Positions 9,316-17,665 of a DNA stretch of 64,000 nt are shown piece after piece; position 1 is the stretch's first letter; every line of letters begins with the position of its first letter. The translations under genes were made by a program, and so were the position numbers. The stretch covers positions 7,781 through 71,780 of IMG/VR virus record IMGVR_UViG_3300025530_000010; one strand, given 5' to 3'. The notes under the pieces are model-generated. The model did no database searches and had not been told where the DNA came from. It saw nothing but the letters and a program-made list of their open reading frames with translations. This DNA comes from a virus (Duplodnaviria > Caudoviricetes).

Positions 9316-11081
9316 CAGAAGGCCGCCTTCCGCAGGATCACGACGTCCATGAACACCGGCACCGACTCGTCGTCGAGTCGGAAGTCATTGGTGTATACCG
9401 CAGCCGGGGTCGGGTCGGTGGGGCCGTTGTAGACCTGGATGCCGTAGGCGTCCGGCGCCTCCGCCGAGGTGGTCAGCTTGACGTCGACCACGCCGAGCAC
9501 CTGCTGAACGGCCATGCACAGACTCGACACGCGGACGTGGTTGCCGAAGGTCATGGCCGTGAAGTGTGCCCGCAGCCGCTCGCCGATGGCGTTGTTGGTG
9601 GTCTGGATGGCGTAGGCCCGGTCGTACTGGACCGACAGGCAGGGACGGATGTAGCGGAACTTGGCCTGGTGCACCATCACGTCGCTGCCGATCTGCTTGG
9701 CGCTGCTCATCAGGTGGGCCAGCATCTCCGGCACGCGGTTGTAAATGTAGGTCACCGTCAGCTCGGTGCCGTTCGACGGGCCGGACGACTCCCACTCGAT
9801 ACCGGAGATCTCCAGGTGACTCCCCCCGACCAGGGTGGTGTCGCGCACCAGGTGGTAGTGCACCCCCTGGCTGTAGACGACGTTGCCGACGGTGATCGTC
9901 GAGGGGAAGCTCACGATCGGCACCGACCCCAGCCGCATGAACCGGTTGGTGGCCTCCGGCTGGCCCTCCGAGCCGACGCGCTCGAAGTTGCCGATGTAGA
10001 ACCGGTCAGCCGGATTTGCCGACAGCGCAGTGGACGTCATGATCGTCTTCTCCGTCACGCGGGCGGACTCCACACCGTCGACGAAGATGTCGATCTTGTT
10101 GGTGACCCCGTTGACCGGGTCGTTGCGGCTGCAGCGCGGCGTGTACTGGAACTCCAGGTCGACGACCTGGCCGGGCTCCAGGTCGCCGCTGCTGACGCGG
10201 GTGAAGGTCGGGGTGCTCCCGCTGCCCAGCGTGTAGTCGTACAGCGGCGAGTAGAAGACCTGGTCCTCCTGACCGAGATTGCTGTAGCAGGAGTGCATCT
10301 CGGGCCACACGTACCGGATGGTGCTCGACAGCCCCAGGTAGGAGAGCAGGTCCGGGATGGTGTTCTGGGGGACCTCGATCTGGGTGCGGCACAGCTCGAC
10401 CGGCCCGAACACCGCCACCCGGCTGACCCGTTCGTTCTGCAGGCACAGCGCCTTGTAGTAGTCGACGGTCCCGGCGATGTTGCGCAGCAGGGTGTCCTTG
10501 AAGCGCTGGCGCAGCTCGGCGTCGGTCTCGGTGTCGACCCCGCCGGTCATGGCGGTCAGGTTGGTCGCGCTCCCGGCGCCGATGCTGGTGCCGATGTAGG
10601 TCACGGTGTCCGGCGGGACGTTGCCGATGGTGCCGGGGACGGTGCACTGCACCGGCACGTCGACCGACTGGCTCCCGGCAGTGAGGACGACCGCCTCGGT
10701 CGAGGCGAAATACAGCGGCTGGCCACCGTTTTCGGTGCCGGTCACCCCGGCCTTGGTGTAGAACTGGGTGCCCAGCGGGATCTCGTAGTCCTGGGTGGCC
10801 GGGGTGTTGAGGGTCACCCGCACGATGCCCTGGGCGGGCCTGCCCTGCAGGCGGCCGTAGCCGAAGATGCCGACGAACTGCTCGAGCTCGATGCCGACCT
10901 TGCTGTCGATGTCGAACATCGAGCCCAGCAGGTACTGGTCGACGGCCGCCTCGCTGATCGCCTCGGCGCAGGCGTCGATGATCTTGCGCTCCGGGGTGCC
11001 ACGCTCCAGCGACAGGCCTGGCGCGGTGATGGCCAGCTGTGCCCGGATGCGGGCCGAGATCTCCGATGGCGTCCGACTCAT
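9315..11081 (-). CDS. baseplate J-like wedge protein
   Basis: GTPERKIIDACAE, VQCTVPGTIGNV and MTGGVDTETDAELRQR are hallmark baseplate J motifs. Confidence 0.9.
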   Translation of the reverse strand: MSRTPSEISARIRAQLAITAPGLSLERGTPERKIIDACAEAISEAAVDQYLLGSMFDIDSKVGIELEQFVGIFGYGRLQGRPAQGIVRVTLNTPATQDYEIPLGTQFYTKAGVTGTENGGQPLYFASTEAVVLTAGSQSVDVPVQCTVPGTIGNVPPDTVTYIGTSIGAGSATNLTAMTGGVDTETDAELRQRFKDTLLRNIAGTVDYYKALCLQNERVSRVAVFGPVELCRTQIEVPQNTIPDLLSYLGLSSTIRYVWPEMHSCYSNLGQEDQVFYSPLYDYTLGSGSTPTFTRVSSGDLEPGQVVDLEFQYTPRCSRNDPVNGVTNKIDIFVDGVESARVTEKTIMTSTALSANPADRFYIGNFERVGSEGQPEATNRFMRLGSVPIVSFPSTITVGNVVYSQGVHYHLVRDTTLVGGSHLEISGIEWESSGPSNGTELTVTYIYNRVPEMLAHLMSSAKQIGSDVMVHQAKFRYIRPCLSVQYDRAYAIQTTNNAIGERLRAHFTAMTFGNHVRVSSLCMAVQQVLGVVDVKLTTSAEAPDAYGIQVYNGPTDPTPAAVYTNDFRLDDESVPVFMDVVILRKAAF

Positions 11082-11497
11082 TACACCCTCTGCTCGTAGG
11101 TGATGTAGGCCTGCTCGTTGGCGGCGCTGCGCACCCGCACCGTGGCCTCGATGCGGTCGTAGTAGACCTTCACCGAGATGTCGTCAATGGAGTACAACAG
11201 CTCGGTAGTCGAGAATAGCTGCGGGTTCTCCTTGAGCGCCTTGAACTGCACCCGCTGGTAGTTGTCCAGCACGCGCTCGATCTCATTGGCGATCTCGACC
11301 TGGGTGGCGGGGGTGATGATGCCGCCGATCATGTCCTGCAGGATCGACCCCATGTCGGGGTGGAAGCGGTCGCCGCCGAAGCGCTCGAGCACCCACAGTT
11401 GCAGGTCCTGCTTGAGTTTGTCGATGCCATGGACGATCTGCAGCTGCGACCCCTGCTGAACCAGGTCGCCGTCGGCGATTGCCAGCGAGTACGTCAC
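11081..11497 (-). CDS. baseplate wedge / sheath initiator (gp25/W-like)
   Basis: DLVQQG...KLKQDLQLW...G.DRFHPDMGSIL pattern; GTG at 11497 preceded by GGAGGAGG. Confidence 0.8.
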   Translation of the reverse strand: MTYSLAIADGDLVQQGSQLQIVHGIDKLKQDLQLWVLERFGGDRFHPDMGSILQDMIGGIITPATQVEIANEIERVLDNYQRVQFKALKENPQLFSTTELLYSIDDISVKVYYDRIEATVRVRSAANEQAYITYEQRV

Positions 11498-11546
11498 CCC
11501 AGTGCCTCCTCCCCATTTCTGGGTCCGCACAGCGGCCCTGACAGCC

Positions 11547-12134
11547 TCACCAGCTGCTCAGGGCCACTCTGCGCCAGGTGTCCTGCGCGATGCAGACGTA
11601 CAGGTGGGTGCTGTCCCAGGCGATCTGCCCCGGCGTGCCGGGCGAGCTCGGGGTCTGCGGAGCGTCCGTGACTGCGGCGCCGGTGCCCGCCGGGGCCCAG
11701 GCGGTACCGTCGGAGTACACCGGTGTCATGCGGTCGGTGTCGTAGACCAGTTGCCCGGCGTGCCCGGCCGGGTCCGGCAGCTCGTCGGTGGCGTAGGTGG
11801 CCAGCCGGATCGGGGCGTTGGCGTTGACCTGCGAGCCGTTGAGCTCCAGCGGGCCGCTGGATCCGACGTGCACCTGGCCCTCGGCGGCCCGGGTGAGCTG
11901 CTCGGGCGGATTGAACGGGATCTTGGAGGCCAGCCGGTAGTACAGCGCGTTCTCGCGGGTGACGAACCACTGCTCCCCCACCGCCGGGATGACCGTGGTG
12001 CTGCCGACCGGGTAGCGCAGGTCGATCTGGACGATGCTGCGGCGCCGCGTCATCGCCTTGGCCACCCGGTTCTGCAGGTCCACCTCGGTGATCGCCACCG
12101 GCTGCGGCATACTCGATTCCATCGGCGAGGTCAT
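11547..12134 (-). CDS. putative baseplate spike / puncturing protein
   Basis: position between hub and gp25-like gene; IPAVGEQW OB-fold-like motif; C-terminal PGTPGQIAWDSTHLYVCIAQDTWRRVALSSW, a motif common in phage tail proteins. Confidence 0.6.
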   Translation of the reverse strand: MTSPMESSMPQPVAITEVDLQNRVAKAMTRRRSIVQIDLRYPVGSTTVIPAVGEQWFVTRENALYYRLASKIPFNPPEQLTRAAEGQVHVGSSGPLELNGSQVNANAPIRLATYATDELPDPAGHAGQLVYDTDRMTPVYSDGTAWAPAGTGAAVTDAPQTPSSPGTPGQIAWDSTHLYVCIAQDTWRRVALSSW

Positions 12135-13466
12135 CGAACTTTTGGCGCGGAGACCCCCGCCTTCAGGCGGGGGAGGAAGCGCCTCCCTCCCTTCCCTAAA
12201 TCGTTCTTAACTGATCTTTTGGCAGAATGTGAGGCATGGCGCAGATTGTGAAGCGGGCGTACAAGTACCGCTTCTACCCGACCCCCGAGCAGGCCGAAGA
12301 ACTGCTCCGGACGTTCGGCTGCGTGCGCCTTGTCTACAACAAGGCGCTGGAGGAGCGGACCCGCGCCTACACCCAAGAGGGCCGCCGGGTCTCCTACGTG
12401 GAGACCTCCACAGCGCTCACGCAGTGGAAGAAGACGCCCGAGCTGGCGTTCCTCAACGAGGTCTCCAGCGTGCCACTCCAGCAGGCGCTTAGGCATTTGC
12501 AGGCCGCGTTTGTCGCTTTTTGGGAGAAGCGGGCCAAGTACCCGAAGTTCAAGAGCAAGAAGAAGTCCCGCGCCTCCGCCGAGTACACCCGGTCCGCGTT
12601 CCGCTGGCGGGACGGCCGGTTGACGCTGGCGAAGATGGGCGACCCGCTGGACATCGTGTGGTCCCGCCCACTCCCCGCAGGGGCCGAGCCGTCCACGGTG
12701 ACCGTCTCCCGGGACGCGGCGGGCCGCTGGTTCGTGTCGATCCTGGTTGAGGAGAAGATCGCACCGCTTGCCCCGGTAGACCGATCCGTCGGCGTGGACG
12801 TCGGGATCACGGCGCTGGCGACGCTCTCCACCGGGGAGAAGATCGTCAACCCGAAGCATGAGCGTGCCGACCGGCGCAAGTTGGCCAAGGCCCAGCGGGC
12901 ACTCGCCCGCAAGGCCAAAGGCTCGAACAACCGGGCCAAGGCCCGCCTGAAGGTGGCCCGCGTCTACGCGCGGATCAACGACCGCAGAAGAGACCACCTG
13001 CACAAGGTCACGACACGGCTTGTTCGCGAGAACCAAGTGATCGCCGTGGAAGACCTGACCGTCCGCAACATGGTCAAGAACAGGCGGTTGGCCCGCGCCA
13101 TCTCCGATGCGAGCTGGCGTGAGCTGCGGGGCATGCTGGAGTACAAGACCGCCTGGTACGGGCGGGAACTGGTCACGGTCGACCGGTTCTTCCCCAGTTC
13201 CAAGCTGTGCTCTCAATGCGGGACCCTGCAAGAGTCGATGCCGCTCAACGTTCGGGAGTGGGTATGTGCCTGCGGCGCAACCCATGACCGGGACGTGAAC
13301 GCGGCGAAGAACATCCTCGCCGCCGGGCTGGCGGAGAGGTAAAACGCCTGTGGAGCTGGTGTAAGACCTCAACGAGAGTCCTCTCGGGCAGGCGACTGGC
13401 AGTGAAGCAGGAAACCCAACCGGCGACGGTTGGAATCCCTTCCCTTCAGGGAGGGGAGGAAGTCAA
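12135..13466 (+). mobile_element. IS200/IS605-family element, tnpB-only (IS1341-type, non-autonomous)
   Basis: left hairpin CCCCCGCC-TTCA-GGCGGGGG (12154-12173) preceded by GAGA; right hairpin preceded by GAAT and ending TCAA (13463-13466); TCAT immediately 5' of the left end; no tnpA and no TSD. Confidence 0.92.
12236..13342 (+). CDS. tnpB: RNA-guided endonuclease TnpB
   Basis: KRAYKYRFYPT N-terminus; RuvC I VGVDVG, RuvC II IAVEDL, Zn ribbon CSQCG/CACG, RuvC III HDRDVNAA; all three acidic catalytic residues present. Confidence 0.97.
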   Translation: MAQIVKRAYKYRFYPTPEQAEELLRTFGCVRLVYNKALEERTRAYTQEGRRVSYVETSTALTQWKKTPELAFLNEVSSVPLQQALRHLQAAFVAFWEKRAKYPKFKSKKKSRASAEYTRSAFRWRDGRLTLAKMGDPLDIVWSRPLPAGAEPSTVTVSRDAAGRWFVSILVEEKIAPLAPVDRSVGVDVGITALATLSTGEKIVNPKHERADRRKLAKAQRALARKAKGSNNRAKARLKVARVYARINDRRRDHLHKVTTRLVRENQVIAVEDLTVRNMVKNRRLARAISDASWRELRGMLEYKTAWYGRELVTVDRFFPSSKLCSQCGTLQESMPLNVREWVCACGATHDRDVNAAKNILAAGLAER

Positions 13467-13486
13467 CAGGGCAGGAACTCCTCAGG
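13300..13486 (+). ncRNA. predicted omegaRNA (right-end scaffold plus flanking guide CAGGGCAGGAACTCCT...)
   Basis: by established TnpB architecture the RNA derives from the right end and the guide is the DNA just beyond TCAA; the 5' boundary is a guess. Confidence 0.65.
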
Positions 13487-13498
13487 GCAGGAACTCCT
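13467..13498. repeat. perfect 16-bp tandem duplication flanking the IS right end
   Basis: CAGGGCAGGAACTCCT at 13467-13482 and 13483-13498. Confidence 0.97.
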
Positions 13499-16259
13499 TG
13501 ATGAGGTTGCCGGGACTCAGGTCCGGGCCGATGTCGGTATTGCCCAGCCGCTCCATCAGGGTCCCGGCCCTGGGGTTGGACGGAGCCATCACGGTTGCGC
13601 TGGTGCTGAAGCCGCGCTCGAAGTCGATGTCATGCATGACCTCGGACACATAGACCTGCAGGTTGTGGTCGCCGAGCTGGATGCGCATGCCCGGCAGCAG
13701 CTCGGGCATAAAGGTGAACGACACCTTGGTCTCGTACTGCTGGGCCCACTTCTCCATGAAGATCTGGCAGGCCAGCAGGAACTCCAGTTCGTGGCTGCCC
13801 GCCATCGGCGCGGTCATTTTGAACGGCCGAACACCGAAGTGGCGCATGAGGGTTTGCCCGTCGATGGCCTCGTGGTCGCCCAGGCCGATGTTGCGCAGCC
13901 GCTGGAACAGCCACTCCTGCTCGACGGTGGCCACGCCGGAGCTGTCGAGCCACTGCAGGATGCCGGGCTCGTAGCCCATCATCGTCACGTCACCGGCCAC
14001 GTACACGTGGGTGGTGAGGTTGTCGTCGCTGAAGTCGATCGAGCAGTTCTTCAGCTCGATGTCCTCCAGCCGCAGGACGGCCTTCTTGCCGTCGAGGCCG
14101 AAGAAGTCCGGGTAGTAGGCCATGAAGTCGCCGTTGGGGGCCGACTGGAACTTGCGCAGGCTGGCCGCGCAGATCGCCCTGATCATCTTGATCAGCGGCT
14201 GGGAGTCGATGAAGTCCTTCAATCCGCCGCTGGCGCCCCACAATTCGGCGACGGGGCTGACGAACATGCCCGGATCGAACATGTAGCTGAACAGGTTTCG
14301 GGCGATCGGCTCACTGTGGGAGCCGCCGGTGCCCGACCCGGAGATGCCGCCGGTCAGCGGGGACATGCCGGGGCCCATGGCCGGTGGGTATCCGCGCGGC
14401 GCGGTGGGGTCGGGGCCGCCGTTCTCGGCGAAGCGGCGGATGCCTGCGACGTTGTTGAGGTCGATGGGCATCGCCACCACACGCACCACGTCGCCGGACT
14501 GGGGCGAGTGCAGGAACACCCCGGGCTCCAGGTACATCATGACGTGGTCGGGGGTGGGGAACACCAGGTCGCCGCGCCGGATGCCCGCCGCTGGGACCGG
14601 GATGCCGTTGGCCAGTTGGTTGTAGGTCGTGCGGCCGATGTTGATCCCGATCGCGCGGAACGAGTAGTAGAACAGCCCCGAGCAGTCGAAGGCGTCCGGT
14701 CCGGCCGCGCCCCACAGGTAGGGTTTGCCCTGCTGCATCAGCGCGGTCTGCACCGCGCCCTCGGAGTCGGGGTTCGGCTTGCCGAAGCGCTCGCGGATGG
14801 CGTTGGGGTCCATGCCGCTCTGGGTGACGGTGGTGATGGCCTGGGCGGCGACGTTGCCGACATCGACACCGGCGGCACCGGCCACCGCGCTGACCGCCCC
14901 GCCCACGCCCGGGGCGCTGGTGATCGTGGTCGTAAGTCCCTGGTTGGCCTCGCGGTAGGCGCTGACCATCTTCTGGGCCTCGGGGATGAAACCGCTGTAG
15001 TACTGCGGCGATCCGCCGCGCTGGACCTTGTAGATCGCCAGTCCAGGGTCCATATTCCGCCAACCCTCGATCTGGGCGAGCTTGCTGAAGAACATGCGCG
15101 CGGCCTGGCGGGGGTTCATGCGCTGGGCGACGGTACCCCACTCGTCGAAGTTGCGCTGCTGGAACAGCCCCACCGAGTCATGGTCGGGGCCCAGGCCGTC
15201 GTTGGGGAAGTTCAGGCTGTCGGGAACAGCGAGGTTGGCCAGGTTGCGCAGGCCGGACTCGGCCATCGCGCAGGCGACCCCGAGCACCGCACCGTCGTTG
15301 TTCATGACGGTGGTGCGCATCTCGGCCGCCACCTCGTTCATCTTCTCCCAGGCCTCGCGATTCTGATTGAGCATGCCCTCCTGACCGGCGGCGGCGGCCT
15401 GGGCGATCTGCTGAGCGGTCGACAGGTCACGGGTGACCGGGCCGAGACCCAATTCGTCTGCTGCGGCGATGATTTCGGCGACGTAGAACTCCTGGCCGAG
15501 CCCGTACGCCCCGGGTGATCCGGCACCGGAGTTGTAGCTGGCGTACATCCCGGCGCCGCCGGAGATGTCGTCGCCGAGCAGCAGGCGCCGGAACCGGTGC
15601 ACGGCAGCCTGATTGGCACCCTGGTTGAGGTGCCAGTTGCTGATGAGGAAGTCGTAGAACCGCACCGGGAAGTTCTCGATGTGGATCTGGTCGCGCCGCC
15701 AGTTGCCGACCCGGATGAGGATCTGGCGCAGCATCGAGCCCATGCCGCCGTCGCGCACGAGGTTCTCGCCGTCTCCGGCGGTGGCCGCCATGATGCCCTG
15801 TTGGTTGAACAGGGCCAGCGAGTCCGGCAGGGCCGGGTTCCACCAGGTGTGCAGCAGGCGCTTGAGCGTGCAGGTTGCCTTGAGCGTCACCACGCCCGGG
15901 TAGATCTGGCGGAACGGCACGGTGTCGAGGTAGCCGGTGAAGACCGGGACCCACCGGACGCGCTTCATCTCGATGTAGATCCGGTCCATCGGCTTGATGT
16001 TGGCGCTGTTGTAGCGCCCCTTTTTGTTTGCCAGTGTGATGAAGGCCGTCGAGGCGGCGTCCTCGCGCCGGATCAGGGTCATGCGCACGATGTCGCTGGA
16101 GACGTCGTACTGGCGCATGCCGTGGCCGATGAGGATGCGGACGTCGGGGCTGTAGACCAGCGTCCGCATCTCCGGGATGGCGAACGGGTCGATGTTGATG
16201 TGCAGCCCGGGATCCTGGTTGGCCTCGCCGCGCTGCTGCTGCTGCTCGGGGCTGGTCAT
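13482..16259 (-). CDS. baseplate hub protein with lysozyme-like and NlpC/P60 peptidoglycan hydrolase domains
   Basis: AMAESGLRNL...DSVGLFQQR lysozyme-like motif; KPYLWGAAGPDAFDCSGL...HVMMY NlpC/P60 Cys-His; hub-like flanking regions; position in the tail block. Confidence 0.85.
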   Translation of the reverse strand: MTSPEQQQQRGEANQDPGLHINIDPFAIPEMRTLVYSPDVRILIGHGMRQYDVSSDIVRMTLIRREDAASTAFITLANKKGRYNSANIKPMDRIYIEMKRVRWVPVFTGYLDTVPFRQIYPGVVTLKATCTLKRLLHTWWNPALPDSLALFNQQGIMAATAGDGENLVRDGGMGSMLRQILIRVGNWRRDQIHIENFPVRFYDFLISNWHLNQGANQAAVHRFRRLLLGDDISGGAGMYASYNSGAGSPGAYGLGQEFYVAEIIAAADELGLGPVTRDLSTAQQIAQAAAAGQEGMLNQNREAWEKMNEVAAEMRTTVMNNDGAVLGVACAMAESGLRNLANLAVPDSLNFPNDGLGPDHDSVGLFQQRNFDEWGTVAQRMNPRQAARMFFSKLAQIEGWRNMDPGLAIYKVQRGGSPQYYSGFIPEAQKMVSAYREANQGLTTTITSAPGVGGAVSAVAGAAGVDVGNVAAQAITTVTQSGMDPNAIRERFGKPNPDSEGAVQTALMQQGKPYLWGAAGPDAFDCSGLFYYSFRAIGINIGRTTYNQLANGIPVPAAGIRRGDLVFPTPDHVMMYLEPGVFLHSPQSGDVVRVVAMPIDLNNVAGIRRFAENGGPDPTAPRGYPPAMGPGMSPLTGGISGSGTGGSHSEPIARNLFSYMFDPGMFVSPVAELWGASGGLKDFIDSQPLIKMIRAICAASLRKFQSAPNGDFMAYYPDFFGLDGKKAVLRLEDIELKNCSIDFSDDNLTTHVYVAGDVTMMGYEPGILQWLDSSGVATVEQEWLFQRLRNIGLGDHEAIDGQTLMRHFGVRPFKMTAPMAGSHELEFLLACQIFMEKWAQQYETKVSFTFMPELLPGMRIQLGDHNLQVYVSEVMHDIDFERGFSTSATVMAPSNPRAGTLMERLGNTDIGPDLSPGNLIKEFLP

Positions 16260-16816
16260 CGCGGCCCCCCGAACACCGAGGTGGGCCCCCCGAAGGTGGT
16301 GCCGATCCCCATGGCCTCGAAGGCCATCTCGACCGCCAGCGACGGCAGCCGCAGTATCCCGGACGGGGAGCCGTATCCGGCGACGGTCCAGAAGGTGGCG
16401 GCGATGCTGGCCAGCTCGGTGCGCTTGGAGTAGACCGAGTCGACCAGTTCGACCTCCAGTCGTGCCCGGGGCGCGGGGTTGAAGCGCTTGCCCCCGGCGT
16501 CGATGTGCTTGATGATGCCGGTCCAGTTGGTAATGTCACGCTCGGGCCACCACAGCACCACCTCGGGCTGCGGCCAGCTGCGCAGCGCGGCCAGCTGGTG
16601 GGCCCGCACGAACCGCTGGAAGGCCTCGTACTCGGGTTCGTTGCGGAATACCAAGTCGAAGGTCACCGACGGGTGCTGGGCCTTGACTGGGAAGTGCTGG
16701 GCCATGCGCTTGGTCTGCACGGTGATGACGTCGGAGTACAGCATCGTCTGGAACGACGTGCAGTTGAGCTTGAGGTTGACCCCCAGGGTCGGGGATCGCA
16801 TGTACAGGAACGACAT
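16256..16816 (-). CDS. tail/baseplate protein
   Basis: coupled (ATGA) to the hub gene; downstream of the tape measure. Confidence 0.7.
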   Translation of the reverse strand: MSFLYMRSPTLGVNLKLNCTSFQTMLYSDVITVQTKRMAQHFPVKAQHPSVTFDLVFRNEPEYEAFQRFVRAHQLAALRSWPQPEVVLWWPERDITNWTGIIKHIDAGGKRFNPAPRARLEVELVDSVYSKRTELASIAATFWTVAGYGSPSGILRLPSLAVEMAFEAMGIGTTFGGPTSVFGGPR

Positions 16817-16822
16817 CCCGTG

Positions 16823-17005
16823 CTACCTGGCCATCGGCGGGGTGCGCATCGGCACCGGCTCCTCCTCGGGCTCGAAGATGAGTCCGTGCTGGTAGCTGAA
16901 CTTGAAGCCGCCGAAGTCGACGTCGGCCCGGATACCGGGCAGCCTGATCGGCCAGCTGATCGGGCAGTTGCTCGCGAACTCGGCCATCGTGGTATCTCCC
17001 TCCAC
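16823..17005 (-). CDS. small hypothetical tail-region protein (60 aa)
   Basis: GGAGGGAG SD; fills the gap in the operon; start may be the ATG 18 nt downstream. Confidence 0.6.
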   Translation of the reverse strand: MEGDTTMAEFASNCPISWPIRLPGIRADVDFGGFKFSYQHGLIFEPEEEPVPMRTPPMAR

Positions 17006-17008
17006 CCT

Positions 17009-17665
17009 TTAGGGTGTGGGGACGCCGATTTGGCCGAGGGTGTCGGTGACGAGGTTGCCCACGCCGCTGTTGAGCAGGTTGCCCGGAATCGACAACGGCG
17101 AGAACCAGTTTGGGGTCTGCTGCTGGTTGAGCCAGCCGCCCATACTGCTGTTGTACTGGCTCTTGCGGAATCCTATGCCGTCCTGCAGGCGCTGCAGCTC
17201 GTAGCTGAGCGCCATCGAGGTCTGGATGCCGCTGACGTCCTCCTGGACTTTGAAGCGCAGCTCGATCGGCCGTGTGGTGGCGGTGACGGTGTCCATGAAC
17301 GGCACCGAATGGGCGAACACCTTCAGCCGCCAGTTTCGGGTGGAGTACCAGAACGTGCCGGGGTCGCTGGAGCGCTGATCGTTGATCCAGTCGCGCATGA
17401 ACGACACGATCTGGCGCAGGTAGGGCCATCCGCCCCGGCCGCACTCGACGATGACGCTGAGGTCCTCGATCTTGGCGCCGAGGATCTGAATCACCCGGCC
17501 CCCGTAGGTGTTCTCCACGGCGGTGTGCAGCCGGTAGGACCACCGGACCTCGTTGGGGTTGGTGCGGAAGCGCACCACCCTGCCCTTGTACTCGAGCGTG
17601 CAGATGCCCCGGTAGGGGTTGTTGCCGCCGGTGGCGGCGGGGATCGTCGACAGTGGGTAGGTCAC
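17009..17665 (-). CDS. tail tube initiator / baseplate protein
   Basis: GTGA overlap with the tape measure stop and GGAGGAG SD; FRTNPNEVRWSY pattern; start set at GTG 17665 rather than track 18106. Confidence 0.7.
   Translation of the reverse strand: MTYPLSTIPAATGGNNPYRGICTLEYKGRVVRFRTNPNEVRWSYRLHTAVENTYGGRVIQILGAKIEDLSVIVECGRGGWPYLRQIVSFMRDWINDQRSSDPGTFWYSTRNWRLKVFAHSVPFMDTVTATTRPIELRFKVQEDVSGIQTSMALSYELQRLQDGIGFRKSQYNSSMGGWLNQQQTPNWFSPLSIPGNLLNSGVGNLVTDTLGQIGVPTP

Noticed and set aside
12131-13372. 413-aa minus-strand ORF across the IS
   Set aside because: Antisense shadow of tnpB with no recognisable motifs
13467-13498. Target-site duplication of the IS
   Set aside because: Both copies are on the same side of the element and IS200/IS605 do not create TSDs; kept as a separate finding
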